NCBI GenBank assembly: GCA_044892525.1
Contig: CM097888.1
Span: 32,798,001 to 32,862,000 of the forward strand
Reading direction: 5' to 3'
Source: Schmidtea polychroa
Lineage: Eukaryota
DNA length: 64,000 nt
The position numbers and the translations under genes are program-made. Of this stretch, positions 12,722-25,819 are shown in pieces (positions within the stretch are counted from its first letter, which is position 1; the number at the start of each line of letters is the position of its first letter). Under the pieces are notes generated by a model that worked only from the letters and a program-made list of their open reading frames with translations, was not told the DNA's origin and did not search any database.

Positions 12722-12953
12722 TATGAGGAAGTTTTATGATGAAGAAATTTTTAAATTGAAAATTTTAAAAATTAAAGTTTAGATTAATTTTTAAAAAAAC
12801 AAAATAAGATATTTTAATTAAAAATATCTTCGTAGAAAATTTGTTTAAATAAGAAAGATTAAGGAAGATATAATTTGATTTTGATATTTATTGAAATAAA
12901 ATTTATGGAAACAAAAACTGATTTTAATGTTTTACAGGATGAACTTCCTAATA
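12722..12953 (+). repeat. 5' LTR (232 bp)
   Basis: Differs from 17060-17293 by one 1-nt indel, one 3-nt indel and one substitution. Ends TATGAGG...CCTAATA. Confidence 0.95.
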
Positions 12954-13996
12954 TGGTGGCAGCGGTAAACACGGACGCAATCACCGAAAGATTGCTACCA
13001 AATGTATTCTGCCAAGGGGACGATTTGGAAAAGTTCATTAAAAGATGCGAAATTTATTTCGACGCCAAGGGAATCACGCAGAAGAAAGACCAGGAAAGAT
13101 TAACATCTTGCATGATTGATGAGGATCTCCTGGAAGTGTACGCCAAAACACTGAAAAAAGCCGAAGGATTCCAGGCTAGGCGATTGGCATTCGATCGTGA
13201 AAGAGATGTTTTAAAGGATCTACAAAACTTGTTGAATTACAAGCGGAAGGGTGAAGAAATAGAAACGTATTTTTAAAAGGTGGAGGACCCTGTTGATAGG
13301 TTGTTCGAAAATAAAGAATTTACCAAAGAGAAATTAACAGCAAGGATGTTAATAGTATGTGCGGAGAATAAAGAAGTTGAGAAAGAAGTGATACTACGGA
13401 AGATAAAAAGCACAGAAGAAATAAAGGAAGCACTAACTCTGATGGACAAAGTAGACAAGCAAAGAGAGCAGATTAACAGTATGAAAAGTTACGCCAGAGT
13501 GGTCTATCAGGAACCACAGGGAAGAGTACAATACAAGAAGAAAGAACAGAGAGAAGAAAGTATCCGAAGAGAAATGCCAGAATGCTGGTTATGCCACAAA
13601 ATAGGACACACGAAAATTGATTGTCCAATAAAAGGTAAAATAAAATGCTGGACATGTCATAGAAGCGGACATATAAGTAGAAACTGTCCAGATAAAAAAG
13701 CTCCAAGATGTTTTGGGTGTGGGAAAGAAGGTCATATAAGAAGGTTGTGTCAGGAAATACGTTGTGAAAGATGTAGCAGAAATGGTCATAGATCCGAGGA
13801 GTGTTATACAAAGATGAGGTACGGGAGAGCGACGGAGAGACAAAGATTCACGGGAAACAGATACAGTCGGATAAATGGTATCGAGGAAGAAGAAGAAAGG
13901 GAATCGTGTGTAGAGACAAATGAAGATAATTTTAGGAAGACGTACCCAAACAACAGGGATCCACCAGTAGAGGATTTGGTTGGAGCCATATTCTAA
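12953..13996 (+). pseudogene. gag: gag with four CCHC zinc knuckles; in-frame premature TAA at 13274-13276
   Basis: ORFs 12875 and 13280 are in the same frame. Four Cx2Cx4Hx4C motifs at 13583-13804. An in-frame ATG inside the LTR (12906) is an alternative start. Confidence 0.9.
12954..12966 (+). promoter_or_regulatory. Primer-binding site, tRNA-Leu(AAG/UAG)-type
   Basis: TGGTGGCAGCGGT immediately after the LTR; complementary to the metazoan tRNA-Leu 3' end ...ACCGCUGCCACCA. Confidence 0.85.
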
Positions 13997-16900
13997 CAGA
14001 AAATTTGATGGGATATCCTCAAGGGGCAGAAAAGTGGGAGAATGTTGGAAGGGTAAGCGAGAAAGTATACAGGTTCCTAAAGAGAGAAATGTTTGAAGAG
14101 GAAGTGGAAAGAATTAGAACCATTGAAACGGAGCAGGTTGTTGAAATTTTGTATAACAGAATGCAAGGAAGGCCTAGTATAACAGTAAGGATGAATGTGG
14201 AAAATTTCGACTGTTTATTAGACACTGGGGCAAGAATCAATGTAATGAGTGTGAACTGTTTCAACAAGCTACGAGGACAACAATTGACAAAAAGTGACGA
14301 TAAGTTACGATGCGCAAACGAGAGTACGATCGAGACAATAGGAAAAACGAAGGTGCAAGTAACCATTGGAAATGTTTCGAAGGAAGTTATATTCATTGTG
14401 GCGGAGAAAGTGACACCAGACGTGATTGGAGGAATCGAATTACAAGAAACATTTGGATTTGGACTGTTAAAAATTAAAGATATCGAGGCTAGTGAAAAAG
14501 ACAAGAACTATATTTGTAACATTGAAGCAAAATTTGGCAGAAAAATAAAGGATGAAGAACGATTGATACGAGCGTTGGAGCAGTTAAAGATCAATGAAGA
14601 TAGCAAATTAAAGGAAATTATAACAAACAGTGGAAACGTGTTTATGGCAGATAAATGGGATGTGGGTCGCACACATTTGGTAAAACACAAGATAGTTACA
14701 AGAGGTGAGCCGATAAACATAAAACCATATCGCCAACCACTAAATTTGGAATCAAAGATTGAAGAAGCAATACAAAATTTGTACGAAAATGGAATTACAC
14801 GGAAATGTAACTCTCCATGGAATACACCGCTAATATGTGTATGGAAAAAAGAGAAAAAGGATATTAGACTATGCTTGGACTTTAGACAGCTGAACGCGGT
14901 AACAGAGAGGCAGGCATTTCCAATGCCAAACATAGACGAGATGTTGGATTTGTTAGGAGGATCCGTCTTTTTCAGCTCAATCGATCTAGGTAATGCATAT
15001 TACCAAGTGGAACTAGAAGAAGAATCACAGGAGAAAACAGCTTTCTCAACAAAGAACGGACAATATTGTTTCAACAGAATGCCGTTTGGAATTGCAGCAG
15101 CACCAGGTACGTTCCAAGAAATGATGACAAAAGTATTAGGCAAAATAAAGGGAGCAATGGTGTATTTGGACGACATCTTGATTTATTCAAGCAGTAAAGA
15201 GAAACACTATACAATACTCGGAGAAGTGTTAAAGGCGATTGAGGAAGCAGGCCTAAGGATTAATCCAGAAAAATGCCAAATAATAAAGGAAGAAATCAGA
15301 TTCTTAGGAAACATAATCAGCAATGAAGGAGTACAGACAGATCCATCTAAAATTCAGGCCATACAGAACTTTGGGAAGCCTAATTGCGTAAAGAAACTCC
15401 GAAGCTTTTTAGGTATTTGCAATTATTATAGAAGATTCATCAGTGATTATGCAAAGAAGGCAAGGATTTTAGAACAATTATGTAGCGGACCAAGTAACAA
15501 AAAATTAGAATGGAGTGAAGGAACGAATAGCGTGTTTGAGGGATTGAAATTAGCACTCACGACGGCGCCAATCTTATGTTTTCCGGATCTGAAAAAGGAG
15601 TTCATTTTAGATACCGACGCTAGTTTCGATACCATTGAAGCAGTACTTTCACAAAGAGATAAAGATGGAAAGGAAAGAGTAATTGCGTATGGATCACACT
15701 CGATGACGAGTCACGAGAAAAGATATTGTATTACAAGAAAGGAACTATTGGCGGTATATTATTTTTGCATTCATTTTAAGCACTATCTCTACGGAAGAAG
15801 ATTCACGCTCAGGACAGACCACAAGGCAATCACGTTTATGATGACAACCAAGAAGCCGATTACTTCACAATTCCAAACATGGATCAATTATTTGAGCAGT
15901 TTAGATATAAGAGTAGAATACAGAAAGGGTATTAATCACCAAAATGCAGACATGGTCTCGAGAACTAAATGTGTCACGTGTGTTCAATGTCAAATGGCCC
16001 ACGAAGAAGCTAAGAAAGGAAAGATAAAAACAAGATTACTAGACTCGATCAGAGAAGAGGGAAGAAGCAACATCCAACATGGAATTGTAGAAGAAGTACG
16101 AAAGAAAACGATGATACCTGAAAATGAGTTACAAGAAACAATAAAGGAAATACATAGACTATTGTGTCATGCTGGAGTCGAGAAGATAGCCGATTATATG
16201 AAAGATAGATATGTTGGAAAACACCTGTGGAGTAAGATTCAGGAGATTGTTCGAAGTTGTGAGATTTGTCAAAAAACCAAGGCTTTAACAATAACAACGA
16301 AAGAACCAGTAAAAAGACAAGATTCGAAGGAAATGTTCGAAATTATATTCGTGGATATATGTGGACCGTTGGCAGAAACAAAAGGACGTAAGAAGTATAT
16401 ATTGGGCATAATAGATCAGTATAGTAAGTATCAAGTCTTGACAGCGATAACAAAACAAGACGAAGAAACAATAAAGAAAACGATTTTAGAAAAGTGGATT
16501 TTAAGATTTGGATGCCCAAAGGAGATAAGAGTTGATTGCGGAAAGGCGTTTGAATCAGGAATGATGAGAGAATTCACAAAGATGCTAGATATTAAATTAT
16601 GTTTTTCGAGTCCATACCATCACCAAACAAACGGTCAGATAGAAAGACAATTCAGGACAATACGGGATTTGATAAATGCTACTTTACAGGATAAAAAGAA
16701 GACGGATTGGGCAGAGATATTACCAGAAGTCGAATTCACTTTAAATGCAACCAAACAAAAAAGGACAGGGAAAAGCCCGGCAGAGATAGTTTTTGGAAAA
16801 AAGATTAGCAGGGAAAAATAGTACGGGTCCAAAGAAATACCGATAAAGGAAGAACTAAAAGAACAAACAAGGAGAAAATTCAATGTAGGAGAAGAAGTAT

Positions 16901-17064
16901 TAGTAAAAGTAGAAACACGCCACAAAGGCCAGGACAGGTATGAAGGTCCGTACAAAGTGATAGAGAAAGTGCATGACAGACGATACATCTTAAGAAATGA
17001 AGATGGAAAAAGGATCGAAAGAAATGTGGAAAAACTTAAAAATTTCTTAAGAAGGGGGATATGA
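13936..17064 (+). pseudogene. pol: pol (protease, RT, RNase H, integrase with GPY/F module); premature TAG at 16819-16821
   Basis: LLDTGA, YLDD, DAS, HHCC, DDE (VDICGP / VDCG / NGQIER). The frame continues past the TAG through YEGPYKV to TGA 17062-17064, and is -1 relative to gag. Confidence 0.93.
17049..17059 (+). promoter_or_regulatory. Polypurine tract
   Basis: AAGAAGGGGGA directly abutting the 3' LTR. Confidence 0.85.
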
Positions 17065-17293
17065 GGAAGTTTTATGATGAAGAAATTTTTAAATTGAAAA
17101 TTTAAAAATTAAAGTTTAGATTAATTTTTAAAAAAACAAAATAAGAAGATATTTTAATTAAAAATATCTTCGTAGAAAATTTGTTTAAATAAGAAAGATT
17201 AAGGAAGATATAATTTGATTTTGATATTTATTGAAATAAAATTTATGGAAACAAAAACTGATTTTAATGTTTTACAGGATGAACCTCCTAATA
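17060..17293 (+). repeat. 3' LTR (234 bp)
   Basis: Near-identical to the 5' LTR, followed by TSD GTGAT. Confidence 0.95.
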
Positions 17294-20200
17294 GTGATCA
17301 AATTCTCTCCTTATTTCTAGATAATGGAATTACATTTAGTATTTGAGAAATAATTCAACTTATGCAGTACATCAAAATTCTTTTTTTTACTTTCTAATAA
17401 TTTCTTGATAAATAATTCTTGAGGCAAAAACTCTTCTAACAATCATTTTTTCATAGATTTATAAAATTTAGATTTTAAAGCAAATTTACACGATGAAACT
17501 CTATAAAGTCAAAATTATGGAAGTTTAATTTTCTTTATTATGTAAACTTTTATTTGCCGGAAAGCTATTAGATAACCAAAGTACTCAGGCATTTTACATT
17601 GAGTGACACTTTATCAAATATTAGGCTTTAATGGAAAATAAATTACCGGAGACAAATAATGTAACGCTAACGCTAAAAATATTAATGGAATTGGGAATAT
17701 CACATTTTATTTTTAATATATTTCGATCATATTGACATTATGGGAAACCATTTTCATAATAAAGGATACAGTCTGATTTTCAATTATTAAAGAGTTCGTG
17801 CCATTTGTTTCTTTTTTGGGAAGAATTTGAGAAAATTTTACCAACAGTAAATTTAAAAGTTATATTGAGGCCACATAGTTAAACAAAACAATTTCAAATT
17901 GGTCTTTTTCAAGGAATTTAGTTAGTTTCAAAGTAGGGGGAATCTCGTTCCAGAGAGAGGTGATATTCAAATCTAACTTATTGAAAAATGAACAAACATG
18001 CCCTATTATTTTATTAAAATGTGTCTTGCTTTACTTTGGTTTTAATTAAAGTGTTCTCGTGAATTATGTTTTTACAATACATTAAAACAAATCTGATGCT
18101 CCTATATCAACACAAAAATCCTATAATAAAAAGAAGTACCAAATAAGCGATAATATTCGTAATACTTGNNNNNNNNNNNNNNNNNNNNNNNNNNNNNNNN
18201 NNNNNNNNNNNNNNNNNNNNNNNNNNNNNNNNNNNNNNNNNNNNNNNNNNNNNNNNNNNNNNNNNNNNNNNNNNNNNNNNNNNNNNNNNNNNNNNNNNNN
18301 NNNNNNNNNNNNNNNTTTAAGTCTTTCTTGGCTTACTTAATTGTTCAAACTGTAAAAGAGAATAAATGAATAACTGAATCTTTGATACAGTATCTAAATT
18401 TAAAAGAAATATTATAAAAATATGTGATAATCATTTCTTTTCTGTTAATAAAAAAGGCATGAATGACTTATGTACAGTGTTGAATAATTCCAGAATTTCC
18501 CGAGATTGGTAAAACAAAAACGATAATGATAATACTGATGACTGAAAATATTGAATAGAAATAGTCAAAGAAAACTAGTTTTAAATTCACAAAAGAAATC
18601 ATGATGACAAATTAATAACATAATTTGGATTCTATATGATAAGCAGTTCTAAATTCATTATAGAATATCATAGAAAACTTTGACATAATTGCTAAGAGAG
18701 TTAAACGTATATATTAAACCAAATTAATATGAAAGATTAAGAGCAATATGTTTTTTAATTTGTGCAAACTTGTAAAAACAGTCAGAAGTAAAAAAAATAA
18801 AACGTACATATTATTTGAAATAATTTATGTACATTTTGTGGTCAGTTGTTATCATTAATGATGTAAATGATACATATCATAAATATATAAAAATAAATAT
18901 AAAAAAGATGGGAAAAAGAATAAATAGGGATGCATTCAAACTTAGTAGATGTAAGAGTATCTAGAATGTGTTTCGCGGGAAAAGTCACACTGAATCAGCA
19001 TGAAGCATATACGTGAAATTATACAAAAATTTTCAGTTAAAAATGATGCACATAACATAAACAGTTAATAGTTTAATAAAAATAAGCTATATTTTCCTAT
19101 ACATACATTTACTAATTAATCGTTTTCTGAGCCGGCTCCTAGTATAGGCGATATATGCAGCCGCCTATGACACCATATTGCTGGGGTCGACTCTGGACAT
19201 ATTAATTAATTATGTTAACAGGTTACATTTGCAATGATAATATTACATAAGAATTATTTTTAAAATTATTTTATACTTCAGTTAAAATGTAAAATTCACG
19301 ACACAAAAAAGTAATGAAGTTCCAAGGAAAACATTTTATACTTTCGATTCATCTTTTATTAGGTAATTAAGCGATTACAAGGATAAAGATAAGAATAAAA
19401 ATAAAAATAATGAAAAGCCGGAAATTTTTCTTTACCCAACTGCTTGTCATAATCAGAATGTAATCAGAGCTTTAGGCTGTTTCTTGATAATCGAATACGC
19501 CGTCCGCACGTCTAGATAATTATATTTGCATTAGCAAGGCTTTATTTATTCATGATTAAACGTAGAATAAGAGAGAGAATTATGTCAACCTTTAAAGACT
19601 GGTAATAAAATTTAAATAATTAGTTTCTCTTATGAAATATTTTTGAAAATGTTAAAATTAATTTTTTTAAAATTTTATTACTTAAACAAATAAATGTTAT
19701 TTTATAATAATTATTTATCAATAGAATCAATATTGACATTAGTTTGTCTACCATATTTTTTCGGCAAATATTTGTTGTTAATATATAGATTTTTGAAAAA
19801 AAATGTAATAATGAAAATCTTGCAAGTATTTTTATTCTATGATCTTACTCTCCGTAACACTATTACTGAAATATAAATAATTATTAAATACTACTCTTTA
19901 TAGAAAGTATTACATCTAAAATAGCTAATCTTTTATATCTGACTTCATCTGAAAAACTATCACTATAAAAACTATTACAACTGAGGACCGGTAGTAAATA
20001 TTGCACCTGTGCTAGGTGTGTGTCGTCAAAAATTGAAAATATGTAATTTGTTTTTTTAAAAGCAAATTTAAAGTGGAAAGCAGTTCAACGAGTAAGAGTA
20101 GCCAATTTTATTCTAAATGTGTGCTGTCTTAATTTGTGGAACCAAGGAAATGCTAGTCACAGCAATATCAATACAAATAAAGTGTATATTTCAACGATTA

Positions 20201-20689
20201 ACAATAATGCATTCATGCCTATTTTATACTAACACACAAGTGTATAACATACCCGTTAAAAGAACCCAAAGCTAAAACTTAACTACTGCACTATAATATT
20301 TATTTAAAATTTATGTATCTAAATTGTTTTATATTAAATATTTCTATAAAATAAATAAAATTTTGTGCTAAAAACGCTGATTTCAATTAAAGATAAAATA
20401 TTTTCTTCAGGCTGGAGGACTTCACATTCCTTTCGCGTTCTTGCTACAAACTCCCTTTATAATTTGATAGCACACACAATTATAAAGCTCACGTGAGGCC
20501 ACTGATCGGGAGTTCTCATACTTATTATTCTTTTATATTATTAATTTTAGATATTTTACACTTGTTATTGACCCCAATCAAGTTATCAGTAATTAGAAAT
20601 AGTGTTATAAATATGCTCTCTTTCTGCAATATATAATGGAAGGCGTTAAATTAATTATCAAAATAATAAACTTTTTAATTCTAATATTT

Positions 20690-21180
20690 AAAATCGGACG
20701 AATAAGCAATTTAAGTAAAATTAGTACAAACTTTAATCGAAAGACTTTTGATATTTAATGCGAATAGGTCGGCATTATTGATAAGAACTTTTAATCCTAA
20801 AATCAATGTGCAGAATGCAGTGAATACGTGTGTGTTGAATGTTTTTAATTAAATTTTTGTATGTTGATGTATATTGAATAATAGTTATGCTAAATAATTA
20901 AAAAAATAGTTAAAATAATATTTTTTAAATAATTTTAAAAGTTTAAATATAATTGATTATTGAAAATTATTTTTAAAAAAAATAATTGTTTAAAATTTTT
21001 ATTTATAATTTAAAATTTATAGATTTTATAATTTGTTTATATATTATAAATATAGTATAGTTATTCATCCGTCGTGAATGTAGGTAATCTGATGATGATA
21101 GTGATGTTATCGAAATATATAGTGAAAAAGATGTATGAATGGCGATTTTTATTAATAGTACATACTGTTTAGTTTTTTTT
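20690..21180 (+). mobile_element. Penelope-like element 3'/pLTR remnant
   Basis: Shares AATCC(T/G)AAAAT(C/T)AATGTGCAGAATGCAGTGAATAC and the downstream hammerhead region with 32200-32600. Boundaries approximate. Confidence 0.7.
21086..21124 (+). ncRNA. Degenerate minimal type I hammerhead ribozyme (PLE-type)
   Basis: CTGATGA (21089), stem II GATAG/TTATC, GAAA, palindromic TATAT, AUA site. Stem I is eroded. Confidence 0.55.
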
Positions 21181-21422
21181 ATAAAGGTATCATTCAAAAA
21201 ATATTTTCAACTCAAGTTAGTTATTTATTTAATCCATTAAGTGATAAAATATGCATCATATTCAAATTGAATCTGTATAATTAGACAAAAAGTACTTCAC
21301 ACACGCGATATTTTTTCCCAAATGTATAAAAAGTTCATCAATTCGTCATTAAATCAAAATTATATGCTCATTTGTTATTTTGATGAATGGAGATAAAACT
21401 GGATATATTTTGTATTTACTAT

Positions 21423-21479
<57 letters not shown>

Positions 21480-24307
21480 AACTAAGGATTTGTTTGTCAA
21501 TATATGTTCTTCGAAATCAAATATATTTCTTATTTTGCATAAAAATACAGTGACATGACTGAATATAGCTTCAATCACATAAAAACACGGAGCATTGGAA
21601 TATAATAATTTATTATAATAAATTAAATGTGAAAACACCAAAAATTCATTTTTCAAATCTCAAAACCCTTCTAATATCTTAAATAATTTGGAAAATAGTT
21701 AGATGATTTTATTAATATTGCAATAAAGTAAAAAAATTTAAATATAATTAAATTTTGTTTTAGTAATAAATAAAATTTCTCAAATTTAACAAATACAGTG
21801 GAGACAGTGAACTTTTTTAAATTAACGTCATTTGAATTATTTTTCTTTAATTTCTTTTTCAATGATCAAACCTAAACCATTTTTTGTTTTGGCTTTTATT
21901 TTGTGATCCGAATTTATTTCTTAAAAATATAATAATCTTCAATTACATTATTTCCCTTTGTCAAATCAGTCAACCTAATATGGGTCCATTTCACTGTGAT
22001 TGTGGGTAGGAATAATATTTTATTATTTGACATTAAATATTGCCTATCTAAGTATATTGATCAAAGTGGCATGAAATGAATTATTTTATAATTATTATAA
22101 ATAATATTTTCTTATAAATAGACAATCCATATGTTTATCAACCTTGCGCGGAATTAAATGTTTTTGATGACGAAAAAGAAAGTATGAATTATAAAAAATC
22201 GCTGATTTATATTTTTAGTGAATTAAAGTGACCGGGCGATTCGAAGCAAAATGGAAAATATATCTAAATTTTTTATAAATATATTTTCTTAAAACAAGTA
22301 TGTAATGTATCACAATAAAAGATCTTTTGGGTTTATTTTTAATTCATTTATCGTGTATTAAAATTTAACAATTACAGTTACAATACTCCAAAGCGCACTA
22401 AGTGCCTAAATGACTAAAAATAAAAAATTCATTATTATCAAAAAACTAACCAACAATATATTTGTTTGTGTCAATAACATATATGATAATAAATAAAGAC
22501 AGTCAATATAGAAAGAACAATTGAGACGAAAAGAAAATCCATATATATGTACGGTGCACAAAATGTATATAATAAAAAATGCACGCAGTTGAACAATGAA
22601 TAAGAGTTCTAGACAATAAGCAAAGGCCTCTTCTTAAATATAAAAAAAGAATTATGAATTACAATTGTTCAACACATACAAATATGTAAGTTTTTTTAGT
22701 TAATTTGCTTTTGGGTAGAATTGTTGTAAAAAATGTTTAAAAATAAAATATCAAGTTAACTTTGACGAATGCTCTATTTTATTATTCAAGTAGCAGCCGA
22801 AAAAACCGCAACGTAATATGTTTTGCACTGCGAAATGTCGATTACATAATAATCTCGCAGTTGCCTACTATTGTGTAATACTGTCAAACTCTTTAAACTT
22901 TGTCCTCAAATTCTTCAATTTAACATTAAACTTATAAATTCCATATATTTTAAAGGGTTGCCAAATTTTTCTCTATCATTTTCTAAAAAATTTTAAAAAG
23001 TAAATTTATAAAATTTTAATTATAAGGATTCAAATAATTATATTCATTCCAACTGCTAAATAAATATTATTAAAATTAATTGCCTGCTGAAATTATATGT
23101 TCCGACATTATTAGAAGACAAAGTAAGACAAAAAAATTTCAATAGAAATTTTATAATAAATATCATAAAATTTGCAGCTGTATAAATAAAGTGAAATTGG
23201 AAAAGAATTTAAAGCACTTTTATTTATTTCAGAACGCCTGATAATTTATATTTGCACTTTTTGGTTGTTTCTTTTCTTTTTGCTTTATTTGAGTAAATAA
23301 AAGTAGGCTTCAGAAATAAATTAAGAATAGTTAGATGTAAAATAATTAATTTGTTGAAATCTTTATTTAATTTTTATACTAAATGAATTTTAGCTTTTCA
23401 ATCATCCAACTCATTACAAAATGTTTTTGCATTCTTTTATAAAAACTTTTTTGCAGTTGTCTTGTGATTCTGATTGCAAATCATTAATAAGTATATTTAT
23501 ATAAATCGAGTAGTGTATATATTTTTCTGCTTACAGTAAATTGAATTTAGAAATAGTGTGTGTTAATAACATCTTCATATTAAAATCAAAATAATTTTGA
23601 AACAGTAATAATATTTATTAAATCTGTCAAATCCGTGTATTAGCAATAAGTTTACTAGTAAAATTTATCATATATCAAGTTTGAGTACAATATCAATAAA
23701 CACAAAAAGTGTTTGCCTAAAAGCATACCCATATTAATAGGACGTGCTTAATAGCAAGAACTTCTCAATCGCCAATATGAAATTGATTCGCTTATTAGCA
23801 AGATAAGACGGCGTGTAAGTATACAATATGTGCAGGAACGCAGCCTCTGGTGTTTCTACTTGCCATTTCCTTTCACGGCCTTACACAAACATAATACATT
23901 ATGAATCCACACGTTTGTAACTCGTATCTTTTTATTAGATGGCATTAACAGGGCATATTTAGAACTATTAACTAGGCTGTATTAATACTGCAAGATTGTA
24001 ATATTGTGTGTGTGTGTGTTTGAGTGTAGAAGCCTATCTTGTTTGTAAACTTCCCAAACATTTCTGGAAGCACAAGAGAAAGGTTTACCTACTTTTCAAA
24101 ATCTATAGTCAGTAGAAGAATTGCTAACTCAACTTCCTATTATGAATAAACAACAAACTACAATCGCTGATTTTTAAAACAACAATAAAATTAAATTTAT
24201 GACCGTAATTCCTTAAACTTGTTAATTTTTTGTTAAAATTTTATTTATTTTTTGATTGTATATTATTGATTATTATTTAATTTTTATTCTTTTTATTATC
24301 AGATCTC

Positions 24308-25216
24308 TGTTGAGGATACCTAAATGATAAATAACATAATAAATAAATAAATTACTTGGGGGAAGATCTCCATGACAAACGGGACGATCTATGGGAACTC
24401 AGAAAAGAAAACGGAAATAAAAAGAAATTAAAAATGAGAAAGATAAATCAAAGAAGAGGAAACAAACAAGAAATTAAAACAAAGGTCATTGTTAATTAAG
24501 AGGTACAAATGAAGGTGGAATTTCAAATTCCAGAAAAACAAAATAAGTGAAAAAGCCGTATCTTGACAGCCTGTCAAAGATATCGAAATTGTCGGGAAAA
24601 GGCGGCTTAACAGAAAAGGAAAATGGAAAAATATCTTGATATCTGTCAGAGATAAGGCTGACGTAGGGAAAAAGGAAAATGGAAAACTGAATCTTTCGCC
24701 AGTGACACAAATGAAACAGACTATATAAAGCAGAACAGTTAACCGAGAAATCAGAACAAAAAGGAGAACGAAAAGTAGAGCAAACATAGAACAAAACTAG
24801 AGACAAAGTAGAGTAAAATTAGAGACGAAAAGACTTAAAAGGAGAATCAAATATAGAGTGAAACGAGAAGTGACGAGAATCTTTTATAAAATTAATTATA
24901 AATTGGAAGTGGAGTAAATAAATTTTGTGGTCAAAGCAAATAGAACAATCGATCAACGTACCCTGTAATTGTTGGCGGCTAGTGAGTATTATTGTGATTA
25001 AAGTAAGGGCTATTCTTCACGTAGTGTCGAAATAAGCTCTGTGTGATAGATTGGTTTATAGTTAATTGGTTGAAATCGAAATTTGTACAATCCTGTGTGG
25101 ATATTAATAAAGCTTATTGTGTTTGAGAGTGTTGAATTGTGAATTAATAAACACGCTTTGGAGTCAAAGTAAAAGTTTGAATTTAAAAATATTGTCACCG
25201 ACTCAATAACCCAACA
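24308..25216 (+). mobile_element. Solo LTR (family A, copy 2)
   Basis: TGTTGAGG...CCCAACA, colinear with 7374-8332 with indels. Possible 4-bp TSD TCTC/TTTC (1 mismatch). Confidence 0.8.
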
Positions 25217-25819
25217 TTTCTATGAATCATTTGATTCATAAAACATCATATCTCCTATTTAATCTCTAAACTCTCGCTAATCTTATGCAAAGTATCTTCA
25301 TGTGCACAAATTTTACGGTCCATTTAGTCTTTGTTTTTTTATATTTCTGAAATATTCATCTTGAAATATTTTTATTTTAAAGTTTATTGATAATTTATTA
25401 TTAATCCATTTGGTGCAACTTCCTTTAGTTCTTAGATATCAAATCATAGCAAATGACAAAAAGTTTATAAACAAAGTACTAAATCTCTAAGCGAAAGTAT
25501 GAAATCTGTGAAATACAAATTAAACTAAAATAAAAAGTATAAAATTTATCATTTGTTCACATTTTTGGCTCCCATTTGACAATAATATGTAATATATACA
25601 ATTATTTCTTATTGTTCTCATTTGCAAATGCTGGTTATAAATGGGTTAATATTCCTATTCTCTGAGCTAAAAAACATTGAAGCAAATGTTATGAACACTA
25701 ATGACCGTTAGAAAAAAAATATTATAAATAAATTATCTGATTCTTTGAGAATGCAAACTTCTAAGTGTAGGTTAGTATTAGGGTATTTAATTATTAAATT
25801 AAAGAAATGGTATTATTTT

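Larger units (their letters stand above)
12722..17293 (+). mobile_element. Full-length compact Ty3/Gypsy LTR retrotransposon (4572 bp), inactivated by nonsense mutations
   Basis: Two near-identical LTRs, 5-bp TSD GTGAT (12717-12721, 17294-17298), PBS, PPT, gag, and pol in PR-RT-RH-IN order. Confidence 0.97.

Noticed and set aside
12922-12940. Splice acceptor (TTTTAATGTTTTACAG|G) near the LTR 3' end
   Set aside because: Plausible by chance in T-rich DNA, and no partner donor or transcript evidence is available.
12714-17298. 8-bp TSD ATAGTGAT for the Gypsy element
   Set aside because: The extra ATA is also the 5' LTR end before the PBS and completes the terminal inverted repeat. A 5-bp TSD fits Gypsy integrase better.
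8440-19200. Short GC-rich islands with weak inverted ends (8440-8535, 19128-19198) as MITEs
   Set aside because: TIR matches are poor and no TSD could be established.
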